Assembly: GCA_013265495.1 (NCBI GenBank)
Contig: MU057651.1
Coordinates: forward strand, 2,706,948-2,770,947
DNA from: Vicugna vicugna
Taxonomy: Eukaryota
Direction of reading: 5' to 3'
DNA length: 64,000 nt
Part shown: positions 36,729 through 50,804 of the stretch, piece by piece
Layout: each line of letters starts with the position of its first letter
How positions within the stretch are numbered: position 1 is the stretch's first letter
Translations under genes and position numbers: made by a program
Notes under the pieces: model-generated
Told to the model about the DNA's origin: nothing
Seen by the model: the letters and a program-made list of their open reading frames with translations, nothing else
Database searches by the model: none

Positions 36729-39700
36729 GCAAATATCACAATAAAGCGAGTGTCACAAATTTAAGAAAGCGAGTAAGAAAACGCTCGATGACTAGTAACG
36801 TTGGTGTGTTTGCGAAACGCATTTACACACGTAACAAAACTGCTGCCTCAAAGCCACTCAGATGCAGGCGACAGCAGTGAGTACAGAAATAATGACAAGT
36901 GACACCACGACCCCCCACCAGGCAAAGGGAAGGTGAGCATCAGAGCCTGTCATTTCGGGAAACCTGTACAGAGCTGTTCCCAGCCTTGTCCAGAGTCAAC
37001 AGAATCCACAGCCAGTAAATTAAACGGTTCACACACCAACCACCTGTCTAACTCGCAATTACGGGGGCCCCCAAAATAACCTGGCTTCCTGGGCCGGAAG
37101 GCTCTGACGTCAGCAAAGCCTGCCGGTACCCAAAATAACCTCACTGGCGATGCCGGGGCTCAGTTTACCCCGTCTGCCCCGGAGAGTCCAGGAGGCTGGG
37201 TGCCTCCCCCGGGGAAGGAAAGGTTCTCCTGACCTCCAAGGCCGGCAGCCCCTCCGATCGTCCCCACCCAACATGGTCTTGCAGACCCTCGTCCCAGCAG
37301 CTGCCCTCCACCTGACTTTTTCTCTTAGGCTCCTCTTGAATTTTAAAATAAAGTTTGTTTTTTTCTTCTCCAGCATAGGACGTCAGGAAGGCAACTCTTC
37401 AGGAAATAATCGCTCATCGCCAAGATCCCTTCTGTCTTTCGGAGCTTGTAGGATAAATGTATAAAACAAAAACTTCCACGCACGGGAAGAGAACCAGATG
37501 TGCACGGCGTGGTCGCGTTTGTGGCCTCAGCGCACACCCAGCTGACTGGACACACCAGCTTTTCTCTTGTGACTTTGGACTAATTTAAACCACGGGGGCT
37601 GATGCAATGTGGCCTCGAGAAAATGAGTCCCTCCAGGGCTTGACTGTCCCATCTGTAAATGGGACGGAGAGTGATCACCCCTCAGGCAAGGAGCCACCAA
37701 GGAGACCGCCTGAGGGCAGGGCCTGGCGCGCACTCCAGGCGCAGCAGGTGTGGCAGTCGCAATGCATTTGTCCTCATTCTGACCCGTCATCAGCCTCCAG
37801 ACAGTCGTACACATTGGCAGGCATGGTCTCTCCCAAGGTGGGTTTCAGTCTGGAGACTTTGAAGGACTTCCCCGGGGAGCCACATCTCCAGGCCTGGAAG
37901 TGTGGGGGGAGCCCTGAACAGGGGGGGCTCCCAGGAGGGCGGCCCCGGAGGAGGGGAGGTGGAAATTACTTGCAGATCAGAAAAGCTGCAGGGGGTGGAG
38001 GCTCACTGACTCCAGCCAACAGCTCACAGACGCCCGAGCACCAGGCTCAGAGGTCCCGGCCGACTGGGGCCTCCGTTTGGACCCTCCCTCTGATCTGAGT
38101 GATGCCCCCATCCTTGGGGGTCTCAGTTCCCAAGTGGAGGGCAGGACTCCGGCCCCGCCCGCTGACAGGTGATGCGGATCCGAGGCAAACGGCCTTCTCA
38201 CCAGGACGTGAGCTTTGCAGACGCCCACTGGGGAAGGTCCAGAATGTTCTGCAGGAAAGAGCCCTTGACTGGGTTGCACTGCTTCTAAATGCTGCATGTC
38301 TCTTGGCCTTACCTCCCGGGTCGGCCTTGCCTCCCCTTTGGGGCTGTTCCCTCCTCGGCCGAGCCCTGCATGGAGCCCCCAGCCCCAACTCCAGCCCCGG
38401 GTGGTGCCCCTTCCGCCAGCATTCATCCTGCAGCTGTCCCCTCCACCTGGCGGTTGCTGGGACACGGCTGCATCTCAGCAGTCCGATGTGTCAATCCCAG
38501 GGAGGCAGGGAGGTACTGGTGAGAGGGTCTCAGCGCTCGTGGGCGTGTGCCTCCCCTGCCCACCCACCCCAGTGCACCCCTGCCACTTGTCAGCATGCCC
38601 TCCATGCCAGAAGGCCACCCACGAGTACTGGCATTTATCTGCCATTTCTTCCAGCCCTGGTGGGATGGGAGCTCCTGTCTTCTTTGCATCACCCGGAGAC
38701 CCAGCCTCAGGTCCCTGCTGGAGTTTCGGATGGACGTCCCTCCCCTCGCTCACTGCTCACGACCCCATCTCACCACTCCAGCGCGCCCTGGTCCCCCCTG
38801 CCCGGGTCGGGGTGGAACGCAGACAGACGTCTCCTCTCAAAGTGCCCTGGACGAATCCCTCATCCAAAACGGGCACCTGCCTCAAACTCTATCAGGTCCC
38901 CCCACACGGTCAGTGCCCTGATGAACCCTCTTCAGTGCGTTTTCTGGGCCGACCCTCTTCAGGGCTGGTGAAAAGCAGAGCGTTGACTCATTTCCCTGTA
39001 AGGCACGCGTTCTTCTGGGTTCCCGTCTCTCCACGCCGGGGACTCTGTTCCGTCCACGCCTGGCACTTACTAGCTGATCAGTGCGTGTGTGTTCACTGCA
39101 ATCTGTTGTCTTACACTTGGCTGAGACAGACACGCGTCCATGCTTATACATTGTAAGGATTCCACCACTGCTGAACAGTACAGAAGACTGAAAGAATCCT
39201 TATTTTTTATATATATAGATAAAAACTCTCATTACTTTTCTCATGCTTTGAAATTGTTCTGAAAAGTACAACACACACTTGGCAATGGCTTGATTCGTTG
39301 CTCGAAGTCTATGCAAGTGGCTCGCCCAGTGGGCATGTCTTGCTGGAGAGACGTACCCGGACCGGCAGAGCGGGCGCGATGGGGAGACTGGCTCCACGCG
39401 GCTTGTCTTCCTGCCTGCTGGCCTGGGTGCCTGCGAGAGGTGGCGGGCGTCCCCTGCAGGGACCCCTGCTGGGAGGCACAGCTCTGTCTCCGATGCCCCC
39501 CGTTACGCCCTAGCTCTGGGTCACGGTGTCCCCAAGGGGCAGTGGCTTAAGTGTGACAGTCAGAGCCTTGGTGTCCAGGTGCAGAAACTGGGACAGAGGC
39601 TTCCAGTAGGCACGGTGGATTCTTTGAAGAAGCGAATGAGCCCCATTCCAAGTATCTCAGCTAAACTGGGCCACAGTGGGAGCAGCCCCAGATGGCGCCA

Positions 39701-40904
39701 CAGCCCAGTTACTTCTGGGTTTCACTGTCACATGGAAACACGAGCTTTCCCTTGTCAGCCGCGGGCACGGCTCACCGTGTCCTCTGAGGCAGTCTGGGCC
39801 TGGCCGCACCAGGGACTCTGTCTGGGGGAGGTGGGGGCATGTGCAGGCCTGGAGTGTCCCGGCTCAGCCGTCCCTGAGGGAGCGCTGGACGCCTGCGGGC
39901 AGCCCTGGGCGCACAGGGCATCAGCCCCAGCGCTGCCCTGGCTCTCTGCCGTCCGCTCAGGCTGCAGGTGGCCCGGCGGTGGTGTAAGGGCAGGCCACGC
40001 GGACGCGCCCACCCACAGGGCACCCTGCCTGTCACACTGCCCTTCCGTGAGTTGTCCAAAGGGCACATTATGAGAGGTCTGTTCCAAAACACTACGTGCA
40101 GTCATTTCCCATCCTAAGACGAAACACAGGAAGACTCCTGCATCACATGTGTGAGCATGGGAAGGCAGGCTGGCTAGCACTGGAAGCCGAACTGAAGCAC
40201 CAACAGGGGCCGGAGACGCCTGAGAGACTGGCGTGAGGCCAGGTGTGCGGGGAGGGCACAGGGGACAGCCTGCGTCCCCGTAACCCGAGATGCCACTGCT
40301 GCGCCCAACAGCTCCCTCCACGAGGAACCCTGGTGTTGCCACTTCTATCTTGAAAAAGCCGAAATCAAGATGATTTTTTAAGGCACAACCTCCCGCACAT
40401 GGTGGCCATTTCCATGGGAATTAAAATTTGTGGCGAGCTGGCCATTGTTCTGAAAGCTTTACGGGGACTCGCATGGATAATCCTCAGAACCACCTTTCCT
40501 ATCAAAATAAAGACCAAGCACAGAGACGTGGGCACGTTGCCTGAGCTCACAGGCGCTAGTTCAGCGCCAGAATTTAGCGGAGGAGGTGGGGTACCCTCAG
40601 CATCCTGGTTCCCTGGGAGACGGCCCCCGATTGTCCAATCAGAAGTGGGACTCCCATCCTCCTGGCTGCCCATTGGTCCGTGCATTCTAGCTGCAGCCAA
40701 TGGGTGCGTGGCAGGCCCTGGGCCACAGTGACTGGTCCAGAGCGCTCACACAACTGAGCCTGGGTTAGGAGCTTGCTCAGTGCCTAGACTTGCCAGAACC
40801 TACACCTTTGCCTGTGGATTAAGCCAGTTTGAGTCGCTCTGTTTGCAGGCAGAAGCATACTGAGTCACCAGCCACCCCCCCCCCACCGCTGGGGTGACAT
40901 AGAA

Positions 40905-41375
40905 AGTAGGGTCTCAAAGTGATATGTGCACACCGGGGTTTGCAGCAGCACCACCACGCACAGCCACCCAGAGGCAGGAGCGTCCTAGATGCCCACGGAC
41001 AGACGGACGGATAAACAAAAGTACATATATGTGTATAATCGAGTCACATTCAGCCTTAATAAGAGGAAGGGAGTCCTGTCTCATGCTGCACAGTGGATGG
41101 ACCTTGAGGACATTCTACAGAATGAAATCAGTCACTCACAAAAAGACACACAGTGTACGATTCTGCATACATAAGGCTCCTGGAGTAGTTGAATTCAGAG
41201 GCAGAAAGCAGAATGCTGGGTGCCAGGGGCTGGGGGAGGGAACGAAGCCAGCTGACGTCTAATGAGTGTGAAGTTGTGGATTGGCACGGTGACAAAGCTC
41301 TGGAGACGGAGCTCCCAACAGTGTGATGCACTTAACGTCACCGAGCTGCACACTTAAAAATAGTTATGATGATAA
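40905..41375 (+). mobile_element. Old L1 (L1MB-like) 3' fragment
   Basis: tggatggaccttgaggacattctacagaatgaaatcagtcactcacaaaagac...cacttaaaaatagtta. Confidence 0.85.
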
Positions 41376-42152
41376 AAGTTCCTGCCGTTGCCCCTTTTTT
41401 AAAAAAAAAAAATCACAGTTAAAAAAAGAAAAAAAAAAGCTTACTTACTGATTCAGTGGCTTATTCCTGCACGGGCTGATCACAAGCCATCAAGGCAGAG
41501 CACGGGGGCTGCCAGGCCGTAGGGCAGAGCCCCGGTGCTTCTGCCAGGAAAGCGCAGCCCATGATGTCCCTGCTTAACATGTGGGCCCTGTGTCCTCGGA
41601 AGCCGCCGACGACATGGTAACACTGTGGAGATCACACACGCTCATGCCTCTTTAGTGGGAGAAGGAGATGCAGCTGGGAAGAACCTTTCGTCTCCTCTTC
41701 AACGTCTGGACAGAGTGAGAAACTGCTCTGGCTGAAAACGCTGTGACCGCTGCCCCCCGCCCCCCGCAACGTTCAACGTGACCATTCAGGTCATCGCTTT
41801 GAACTCTTTCCCCATGAGTTACAACAGAGCTTGCCTTCTCACTTCATTTCCAATTTTGGTCATTGAAAATTATATTCTGCTAGCTTTCCCCGTTAGATTG
41901 ACAGTAAGGCCGCCCAGATAGCGACCATGCATAATGTTTCCTTTGTGCAGACGCTCTCGCGGATCAAAGATGACCACGGAGGCACACAAGGGGACTTCTG
42001 AGGGTGCTGGAGATGTTCGCTGTCTTGGTGGTGGGATGGGGGTCTCATGGGTGTACACCAGTGTCGACCCCCGTCAAATGATACACTTTTTTCACGCATC
42101 CACAGGGTTTTTGTGTGCCAATTACACAATAGGAAAGCTCTTTAAAAAAAAA

Positions 42153-42270
42153 TTTGGGGAGGGAGGTAATTAGCTTTACTAATTTATTTTTGGAGGAGGG
42201 ACTGAGGATTGAACCCAGGACCTTGTGTGTGCTAAGCATGTGCTCTACCACTGAGCTATACCCTCCCCCA
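42153..42270 (-). mobile_element. vic-1-type SINE
   Basis: gaggattgaacccaggaccttgtgtgtgctaagcatgtgctctaccactgagctataccctcccc. Confidence 0.92.
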
Positions 42271-45200
42271 CCCAAGTAAGGCTCTTAAAAAGAGAAAAAC
42301 AAAATCAAAACACTGCTAATTGCCCTCCATTTTATTCCTGCATTTCAACTTGCAATATCCACGAAGACTTACAATTCCACCTCTATCAGGGACTAAAAAT
42401 CTCAATTCAAAACCATTTGCTATTATTTTATATTCATGAAACGTCATGAACTGAGTCTTTGCCTACAATATTTCTGTCGTGAGCCCGAGAGCCCTAAGAC
42501 AGGCCAGTTAGTTGTCCAGGGGGAGGCGATCCAGCCTGGGGACACGCTGCCCTCAGCGGAGTAACACTCAGTTCTTAAGGATGTGATGTGATGGGAGACA
42601 GATGTAAAAAGCAGATGTGGTCAGTGACACTTCTGCAGGTGGACGTTTGGGGTCTTCCCGCATAAGAGAGGACTGAGTTGGGGAAAGAAGTGATGGACAG
42701 AGATCTTGCACATCAAACAGAAGGGATTAGGCAGAAATGCCCACGAGAGAATCAGGCCGGAGGAACAAATACCCTTTACTTTCCCCCCAGAGCTGTGCTT
42801 TCTCTCCTGATTGTGGAAACCGCAGTTTTAAAGGTATCGGCTGCCTTTTTTTCACTTCTGTCCACTTGGAGTCAGGAGCCTGACGATTAAGAGGTAATCA
42901 CTTTCCCCTTCATCATCCAATTGGAAAAACAGCCCACGAACTATGTCAGCAAACAGATTCCCCGGGGAGGTGGCGGGGGGCACAGTGAGGGGTGAGCTCC
43001 TGGTCCAAGAGCCACCCCGGAGGCTCTGACATGTCACAGAGGAGACGGGCTTCCGAGGTCGATCTGACTGAATGACCTGATCGATCACCTGCGGGCCAGA
43101 CGTGGTGGTCCCACCCTCTGGTCTAGGATCTGAGCTACTAGGAGGCCTTTCTATTCCTTGTTCCCACTTCTTACTCACAGCAAACATACAAAGGTCTGTG
43201 TGCTTTTTCACCCTAGTTCCTTCCAAGCCAAAGAAAAAAGTGTATAATAAACACTGGCACTGCGTTCTGATTTAGGTTGCACGTTTGGTTAATTTTTACC
43301 CCCGTGCATTGCAGGGCAGGATAAACACTGAACGTGGTGGTCCGTTTAATCGCACGGCTTCCTGGGGAGGGTTTTTGATAGAAAAGTCACCCATTCTGTG
43401 CTGCTCTTGGTGACAAACGTGGGAACACAGCCTCATGTCCTTTCTGACTTAAACCCTCGTCTTCACCCAAGTGCTTGAAGTTTCTTGTTGCTCAATCAGG
43501 GGGACTTAGAAGGAGCAAAATTATTTTGAGTTTTTTCCACCTGCTCCACACTCCGTGGGTGTGAATGATGAGAGTTAACACACACACACAAACACACACA
43601 CAAATTCAGAGGGGACAGGAGAAGTGAGGGCTGTGCGAGTGGCTTCATTTCTAGACATCTTACAAACGGTGGTGCTGGTTCAAGACTCCTGGAACACCTG
43701 TGTGGTGGGCTCCCCCCTCCTCTCACAACGTTTGGAAGATGTGACGCTAACCCTGTTGTGGAAGACGTCAGCCTGCATATGGACACGTTTGGAATCAGAC
43801 TGTGCAAGTTACAAACATTGTGAACAAACAGAATCCAATCAAGGACCTAAATGAACACGGTAACTGTGGAACAGGAGCCAGTGATGAGTGCGGCAAACAC
43901 AGATGTGACACGGGATGGATGATAATGGGTGTGTAGATAAAACCCCAGCCAGTCCTCTGGAGTAGGTTTCCAAGCTGTTTCATCTGTGGGACCTGGAGCA
44001 TTCGTTCCCCACAAAAGAGGTTTCAGAATTTTCATACAAAAAGTTCAAGATTCCTCAGTGATCTAGTTGGGTGCAGACCCGTCAATGAGGGCTGCTTGAT
44101 TTGTTAACCATCAGGAAAGGTTAATGACTACAAGTATGTTTTCTTTAAGCATAACTCTTGATAGTGTTTGTCACGTCATGGAGAAAACACACAGACAGGT
44201 CTCCTGTTGGCTTAGAAGGCGAATAAATGACCTGCAAGGAGGGACACATTCAGAGGTGAGACAGAAGTGGAAAGCTCCCTGAAATACAAGTGTCTTGAGA
44301 AAAAAAAAATTCAACCATGTTAACGTGTCTGGTTCCCGAAGTTTCTGATGCTGGGGAGCACTATGTCATGACACAGACAGATCTCCAGGACCTGGTCGTC
44401 GAATGGCCCTGAACTTTACCCAGCCGTATATGAGACCCCCTTGGTGACAAATCCCTGAGGCTGCGTCCTTGGCTAACTTCCTGATTTGGGACATGAGGGG
44501 TGCCATGGTCAAGTTCTGCCCCCTACGTAAACGCTTCTTTCTCCATTGAGTTAGTTTCTCCCCACCCCACTCCCAACATCGTCGTCCTCTGTTTTCACTA
44601 GCATTTGTTACAGACTTTGGATTCTGTCCGTCCTCTGTTTTCACTAGAGTTTGTTATAGCCTTTGGATTCTGTCTCCTGTCCCCCTCACTAATAATTCTA
44701 TGAACAACATTGCTTTTCCTCTGTTCTCTGGACTTCTCGCCTTCATTGCCATCTTTCTTCAGTGTAATAGCTACTTCTCATACACATGCTTATGGCTGTA
44801 ATTATACACAATCTTCCAGTCTTTAATGTCTGGGTCATAAACCCCAATGCTTTCCCCAGCATGTAGGTAAACATTACCTTTTCTTGTTTAGACTTTCCCC
44901 GCTTAATGATTTGAGGTCAAATGCTTGCTATTTATCAGACAAAAGTTCTTTATTTCAATGCAAAAAAGAAAAAAAAAAGCTCTTTCTAACTTGTTCTATG
45001 TTTGAATAGCTTGTGAGACGTTTCTTGTGAGTAGTTTCTGTAACTTTCAGGTTTTTTTCTTTTTTCACCAACACATGGCACTGAATTAACCAATTGCTCT
45101 CCATCTGTATTTCTTTGAGCCCTAGCTTAATTCCAGTATCAGCTGTGATCATTCTGACATCTGTCATTGCTAACAGCGTCCCTGTGATCAAGCAGATGAC

Positions 45201-47159
45201 AGTCATACAAGTAAAAAACACTTAGCTGATTTCTTTTTTTCCTACTTTGAGCAATAACATTTAAAACATCTTTGGGAGGGACACATGACAGGCCTCTCCA
45301 ACTCGAATGCAGCTTTGTATGCTAGTAGAAATTTATCAAAGCAAGCAAGCATCTTTTCCGGAACCCTGAATCTTTAACTTGAGTCTTTCTCCACCTGCTC
45401 TGTCTGTCTGAGGACGGCTGAAGCACCTGGTTTTCGGCAACTAGATGGGAGAAGGACTCCCTCATTCACAAGGAGGAGCAGCCCACACTCCTGCGTGGAT
45501 CGGGCTGCTACACCCCTGGGCGTGTCAACCACTGGTGCCAACCTCCAGACTAGCATCTGTCAAATGGAATCATGGCCACATCACAGTAAGTAAAAGCCAC
45601 GGGCAGAAGCCACGTGCTTCTCACTCTCACAGCCCCCAAAGGCCCCTAGCATCCAGCAGGTGCTGAATGTTTGATGAATGTATGGGTGGATAACCAAATG
45701 GGTGATGAATAAAGTGAGAAGAATATTCCTCTTCCTCTGTCCCCTTTTCTTAAGCTCTCTAAATGGAGGGAGAACACAGGAAAACCTGAGAAATACTGAC
45801 AAAATGGTTGGGTCCTACGGATCCCTATGGGTGGGTTATGTATCTACAGGGCTTGAGCCATGAGTTCCTACATGCTGTGTATTTATTGCTCGCGAGCTTA
45901 GGCACTTAATTGTAAAAGGTAGATGGAAAGACAGACAGATACCTAGTTATCGAGACAGATAGATCGTGTATTTCGGTTCTATCCGAACTGACCCCTGGGT
46001 CAATTTATGAACACAATCTAGTGTAACTGGAGAAGAGATTCTATACCAGAGTATCAAACAAAAAAGAAATAGGAATTCATGAACCCAAATGAAGCAAGAT
46101 TCTTAATAAAAACACAGCCATGTCTCAATGAAAAGGGAATTTCAGACAAGGTCAGTATTACCGACCTAGAATTCACTTACAAACGTCTTTACCTCCTACA
46201 AGGAAATCCGAACCTCGCTCAAACACATTTATAGGAAAATTCTAAAGAAAGAAGGTCACAGGTGTACACGTGAGCCCTTCTCTGCAGACAGGTAGACGGT
46301 CGCCAGAGTCAGGACAGCAGAGGCACGGGGGACAGGCGGAGGTACGGATCCAGGGAGGGGCCGTCCGTCAGAAGCGCTTGGCATGAGAAGGGAATGACGC
46401 ACAGCAATAAACTGTGGGGGGGAACCAACGAAAGAAAATGAACACAAAGCCTGGCAAAATAAACGCTGCCTCCCTCATCAGCTTCAAGACCCTGGGGATG
46501 AAGCCACATAGAGCGACGTATCAGCCAGACCACATCACAACAGTTACTTCCTCTTCCTTCTACTCGCTGTCCATGGCAGTGGTTAAAAGGGCCGATGGAC
46601 CCATCACAGACAATTCTGTCCCCCCGGGAGAATCACATCATAACCATCACTCCACTCACCGCTGCCTTTCAGGTTGTCCAATAAAATTATTTGGCTCTGA
46701 TACGAGACCTGAAAGTTCTTGCAGGTGGAGACACTGCCCGGCTGGTTAGGCAAAAGCCACTTCTGACCTCTTGGGGTGGGAAAAGAAAAAATCTAAGGTG
46801 CTTTCAGAGCTGCAGGGGAAAACAGACAACCTTGTTTCAGAATCCCCTCAAGCCATCAACCCAACCTTGATCATGAGGATAGTGGTTTACGGAGCTGGAA
46901 AGAGGCTCAGACGCCTCCCTCGGGTCCTGCTCTTTGTCCCGGCGACATGGCAGAGCTTCAGGCTCTGCAAGCCTTGAATGCCAGGGATTAAACTGAAGAA
47001 CGGTTGTGCCTAAAACCATTTCCTAACAACAGTTTTGAAGATTACTGTCAGGAAGGGAAGGACTGCTCTATAGCCCCTTTACGCTGTTTAACTAATAAAA
47101 TGAAATAATGCTATTCAGTAAGAATCCTGTACGGTCCTTTTAAAAATTATTTTATGCCC

Positions 47160-47330
47160 TTTTTTTCTTTTTTTTGGGGGGTAATTAAGTTTATTTGCTT
47201 ATTTTCCTACGTTTTTGCTTGTGTGATTATTTACTTATTTATTTTTTAGCAGCGGGACCGGGGACTGAACCCTGGAACAACCTTGTATATGCTAAGCACG
47301 CACTCCTACCACGGAGGGCTGCCCTTCCCC
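47160..47330 (-). mobile_element. vic-1-type SINE (diverged)
   Basis: ggggggtaattaagtttattt...ggggactgaaccctgg...gctaagcacgcac. Confidence 0.8.
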
Positions 47331-48431
47331 TGAACCGTTCTTGAAAAAGCAAGCTCTCCATTTTAAATTTACACGAACCCAGAAAGAAGTTCTTGTAACT
47401 CTTGATGTTAAAAAAAAATTGTTTTTTATGCCCAGTCGGAACTTACACTGCAAATTACAGCACCAAGAGGCAGAGACACCTGTTTGATTATTTGTCTCAA
47501 CTCTGGGGTTGAGCAGTGACTTATGGAAGCCAAGACTAATGTTGCCATCGGTTTTCTTAACTGAATAATTTCACTTCCTTTCAACATTCCTATTTATCTT
47601 TGTTATTCCTTTGCGGTGGTAGGCTGGTCAAGGGTTAGTAACCAGATCTTTGGTAAAAGCAAAGGAGATACATAAATAGATAAAAGTTACTGATGGAAAA
47701 GGATGGAGAGCACAAAATTTCCAAGAAATAATAAAATACACACTCGTCTTTGTTAGAAATTTTATATAAGCAATTGATTCTCACAGTTGGCTTGTATTAA
47801 TTTTTTTTTTGCTTTTATTAATTTTTGCCAAATCATTTTCTCTCTAGTCAATCTACTATTAGCGTTAACAAACACGCATAGTTTTGACGCAAATGTGGAC
47901 TGATCATTTTTGAAGAAGGAAGATGAAAATGAAGCCATGAAGACATGTTGGAACTCGACCTGTTCGTCAATCACATGAATGGCTTTGCTGAATGGAATAA
48001 TTGTTTCTGAAAAAAGGAAGAGCCATTCTCCAACTTTTTTTTTTTGGGGGGGGGGTTCGATATGCAAGAAGATGTAATGCATTGGCTACTGGAAGGACAT
48101 GTTTCATTAACTGACCTACATTATTAACATCTCCCAGTCACTCTCTTGCATCTGGACAATGAACCGACACAATCCATCCAGCCCGGCTACGTCCGGGTTG
48201 CACCTGCTCCCTATGGGGACACGGTTCATTCCCAGCCATGGATGTCAGTCACTGACCGTGGTGCTGGGAGGAGAGACGCGGTGGCGTGTGCAATATGCTG
48301 TTTTCACGGTTACAGATTATTGAACCATATTGATTCAAAATACATACCTAACCTCAAGAATGCAGAAATAGTCAAATGTGGTAAAATAATGAGGGAGTGA
48401 TGTTTTCAATATCTGTTACCTTTTTAGAAAC

Positions 48432-48582
48432 TTTTTTTTGTTTGTTTTGGGGTGGAGATAATTAGGTTTATTTATGCATCTTTAATTATCATTCTTAATT
48501 TTAGTGGAGGTGCTGGGGATTGAACCCAGGACCTTGTGCATGGTAAGCCTACACTCTACCACTGGAGCTACACCCTCCCACC
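48432..48582 (-). mobile_element. vic-1-type SINE
   Basis: ggggattgaacccaggaccttgtgcatggtaagcc...gagctacaccctccc. Confidence 0.9.
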
Positions 48583-49918
48583 CCGTTACTTTTATTTTTA
48601 ATATTACTTATTTAATGGTAAGGTCACATAATTTACTCTTTTTTTCTCCTTTTTTTTCATAATTTACTTTTAAATAATGGTTCTATTTAGCAATTGGCTT
48701 GCAAAATGTCCAAAAATGTCAACCGTCTGCTCTCACCTGCTGGCGGGAGCCAGGTCCGCTGCACAGCTGCCCCTGCGAGTGTCATGAAATTTTTTTACTT
48801 CCCCGTCAAGTCAGGACACTTTATTTACGATTCCGTATCTCGTAAATAAAGAGCTAAAGCATCATTTGCAAAAAGAAATACATTCGTAGGGTTTTTAAAC
48901 ATACTGTGCGCAGTATGTGAGCCTCACTGCTTTATTTCTAAGTAGAATTCAGTCTTTAGTTCATATTGGGCGGATTTAGTGGTTTTCAAGGTGCCATCAA
49001 AACAGGCTACGAAGTCAGCTGCATTTGTTTCAAATGCACTTGTGAGTGGGGACAGACTCTGCTCCCACGGCCACCGGTTTCCTTCCTTTTTACGGGAGGC
49101 CCCCGCGCTCACCGCCCGCTTCCTGTTTTCCCAGCTTCTGTGTCCCTTCCCGGTTCTCTGGTCGCGGGAAGGAAGGCATCATGTAAACACAAGGCGGGGG
49201 CAGGAGAGCTTCCCTGGGCTTGCTTTGAAGGCCACACACCTGCCGGGGGTCCAGGGTGCTCCCACGACACACCAGCCTCCCGAAACTGTGCTTCAGTCCA
49301 AGCTTTAGGACTGACTACTCTGGACAACTGACAATTTTTCTTTAGCATCCTTGGTGACAAACTGACAACCAATGAGCTGGAAGCATCATCGCAGTTGTCA
49401 CAGGGCTGCTTTAAGTCTGCACACTATTTAGAACAGGGGCTGACGGCCCATTTTTCCCTCCCTGTCTTTAAACCCCTCTGCTTGTCACCTTAGACACATA
49501 TACGCAAGGAAAGCCGGTGTGGGAAAATGCGTAAGGAATCGCCAGCCGTCGGACAGTTTCATTTTCAAAACACAAAAGAAATTGAGAACCTGTAGTTTGA
49601 GCTCTACACGCAGTGATTTCTGAATCCCCAGGGTCTTGTCTTTGAAATAAGCAGCCGATCACTCGTTCATCGCTTAATGATACGCAAGCACCGCGCATCT
49701 TGCAAGCAAACAATTCAGGGCCACCAGCGGGACAGACTCCTCTGTGGTGACCCACAGGGAAGGTTCCACTAAAACCGAAATGGGAGAGCGAGCTGGTTAG
49801 ACGGTTATGGGGGCCACCCCACACGCACACGGTTCAGGCACACACTTGAAGCATCTGCGTTATGTGATCAGATATCTGGAGGTTAATGCGAAAGCTTGTT
49901 AACCAGAAATGGATTAAG

Positions 49919-50052
49919 CGGGGAGGGTGCAGCTCAAAGTGGCAGAGTGCGTGCTCAGCATGCATCGGGTCCTGGGTTCCACCCCCAGGACCTCCTCTAA
50001 AAAAAAAAAGTAAATAAATAAACCTAATTACTGCCCCCACCGCAAAAAAAAA
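49919..50052 (+). mobile_element. vic-1-type SINE
   Basis: ggggagggtgcagctcaaagtggcagagtgcgtgctcagcatgcatcgggtcctgggttcc...aacctaattac. Confidence 0.9.
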
Positions 50053-50804
50053 TGAGATACAGGATTCCCAAGACTGATAGGCTGAACTCAGTTTACGCAT
50101 CCTATTCTGTTATTAGCTACTAAGATTATCCAGAAATTGGACCTCACTGGGTTCTAAGTGGGCACGTTCTAATGCCAGGAGCAACGTCTGGCAGTCGCAC
50201 TGAAACTGGCCCTGGGGACCACGACGCTCCGGTGATTTCTGACCCTCAGGCACATGGCCGTCCAGCTGGATCAGCCACTTGGCCTTCACCTCCGGCACGA
50301 AGTCCTCTCTACACCTGTTGGCAGAGTCGTGGGTCCGGAGGACATACCGGACGCTGCATCCCGCGTGCAGTGAACACTGTTGGCGGTTGACACCGCGTGC
50401 ACCGCCCCCATTTCCCAAAGAGCAGAGTCCCAGGGCTGGCCAGCGGCGTCCACACGCCCGGGAAAGCTGGCTCATCCCAGGGGAACCCCGTTCCTCCCAG
50501 GGCCACGGTGGCCCATGAGACGTGAGAGAAACCACGGAGAGCATTTCTGCAGAAAAGACAGTCTCTCTTCTCCTCTCAAAGTCCTGGTGCCGGGATGGGA
50601 TGCAGGGAACGGCGCCAGCATCCTTGATACCAGCCTGAGGGTGGCGTTAACCCCAAAGATGACACAGGGAAGGGACCCCTCGGTGGCAGCTTGGGGCATC
50701 AGTTCACTAGCACTCACGTCCGTCCCACTGGGATTCCCACTCCAGGAGATGAGAGAGTCCCTGAAAAGGTCTGAGATGGGATTTTGGCAGCCTGCATTGG
50801 TGGT

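Noticed and set aside
38099..39156. Overlapping 290-aa and 286-aa plus-strand ORFs (similarly 10579-11382 and 52444-53235)
   Set aside because: They have a GC-rich stop-poor composition, no recognisable homology and no splice or codon evidence.
10517..39700. CTCF-like motifs (e.g. near 10519, 38442 and 39684)
   Set aside because: They are only partial matches, expected by chance in GC-rich DNA.
44680..45370. Possible coding relic (transposase or pseudogene) on the minus strand, e.g. IGVYDPDIKDWKIVYNYSHK
   Set aside because: I could not assign it to any family by eye and it has multiple stops. A BLASTX/Dfam search is needed.
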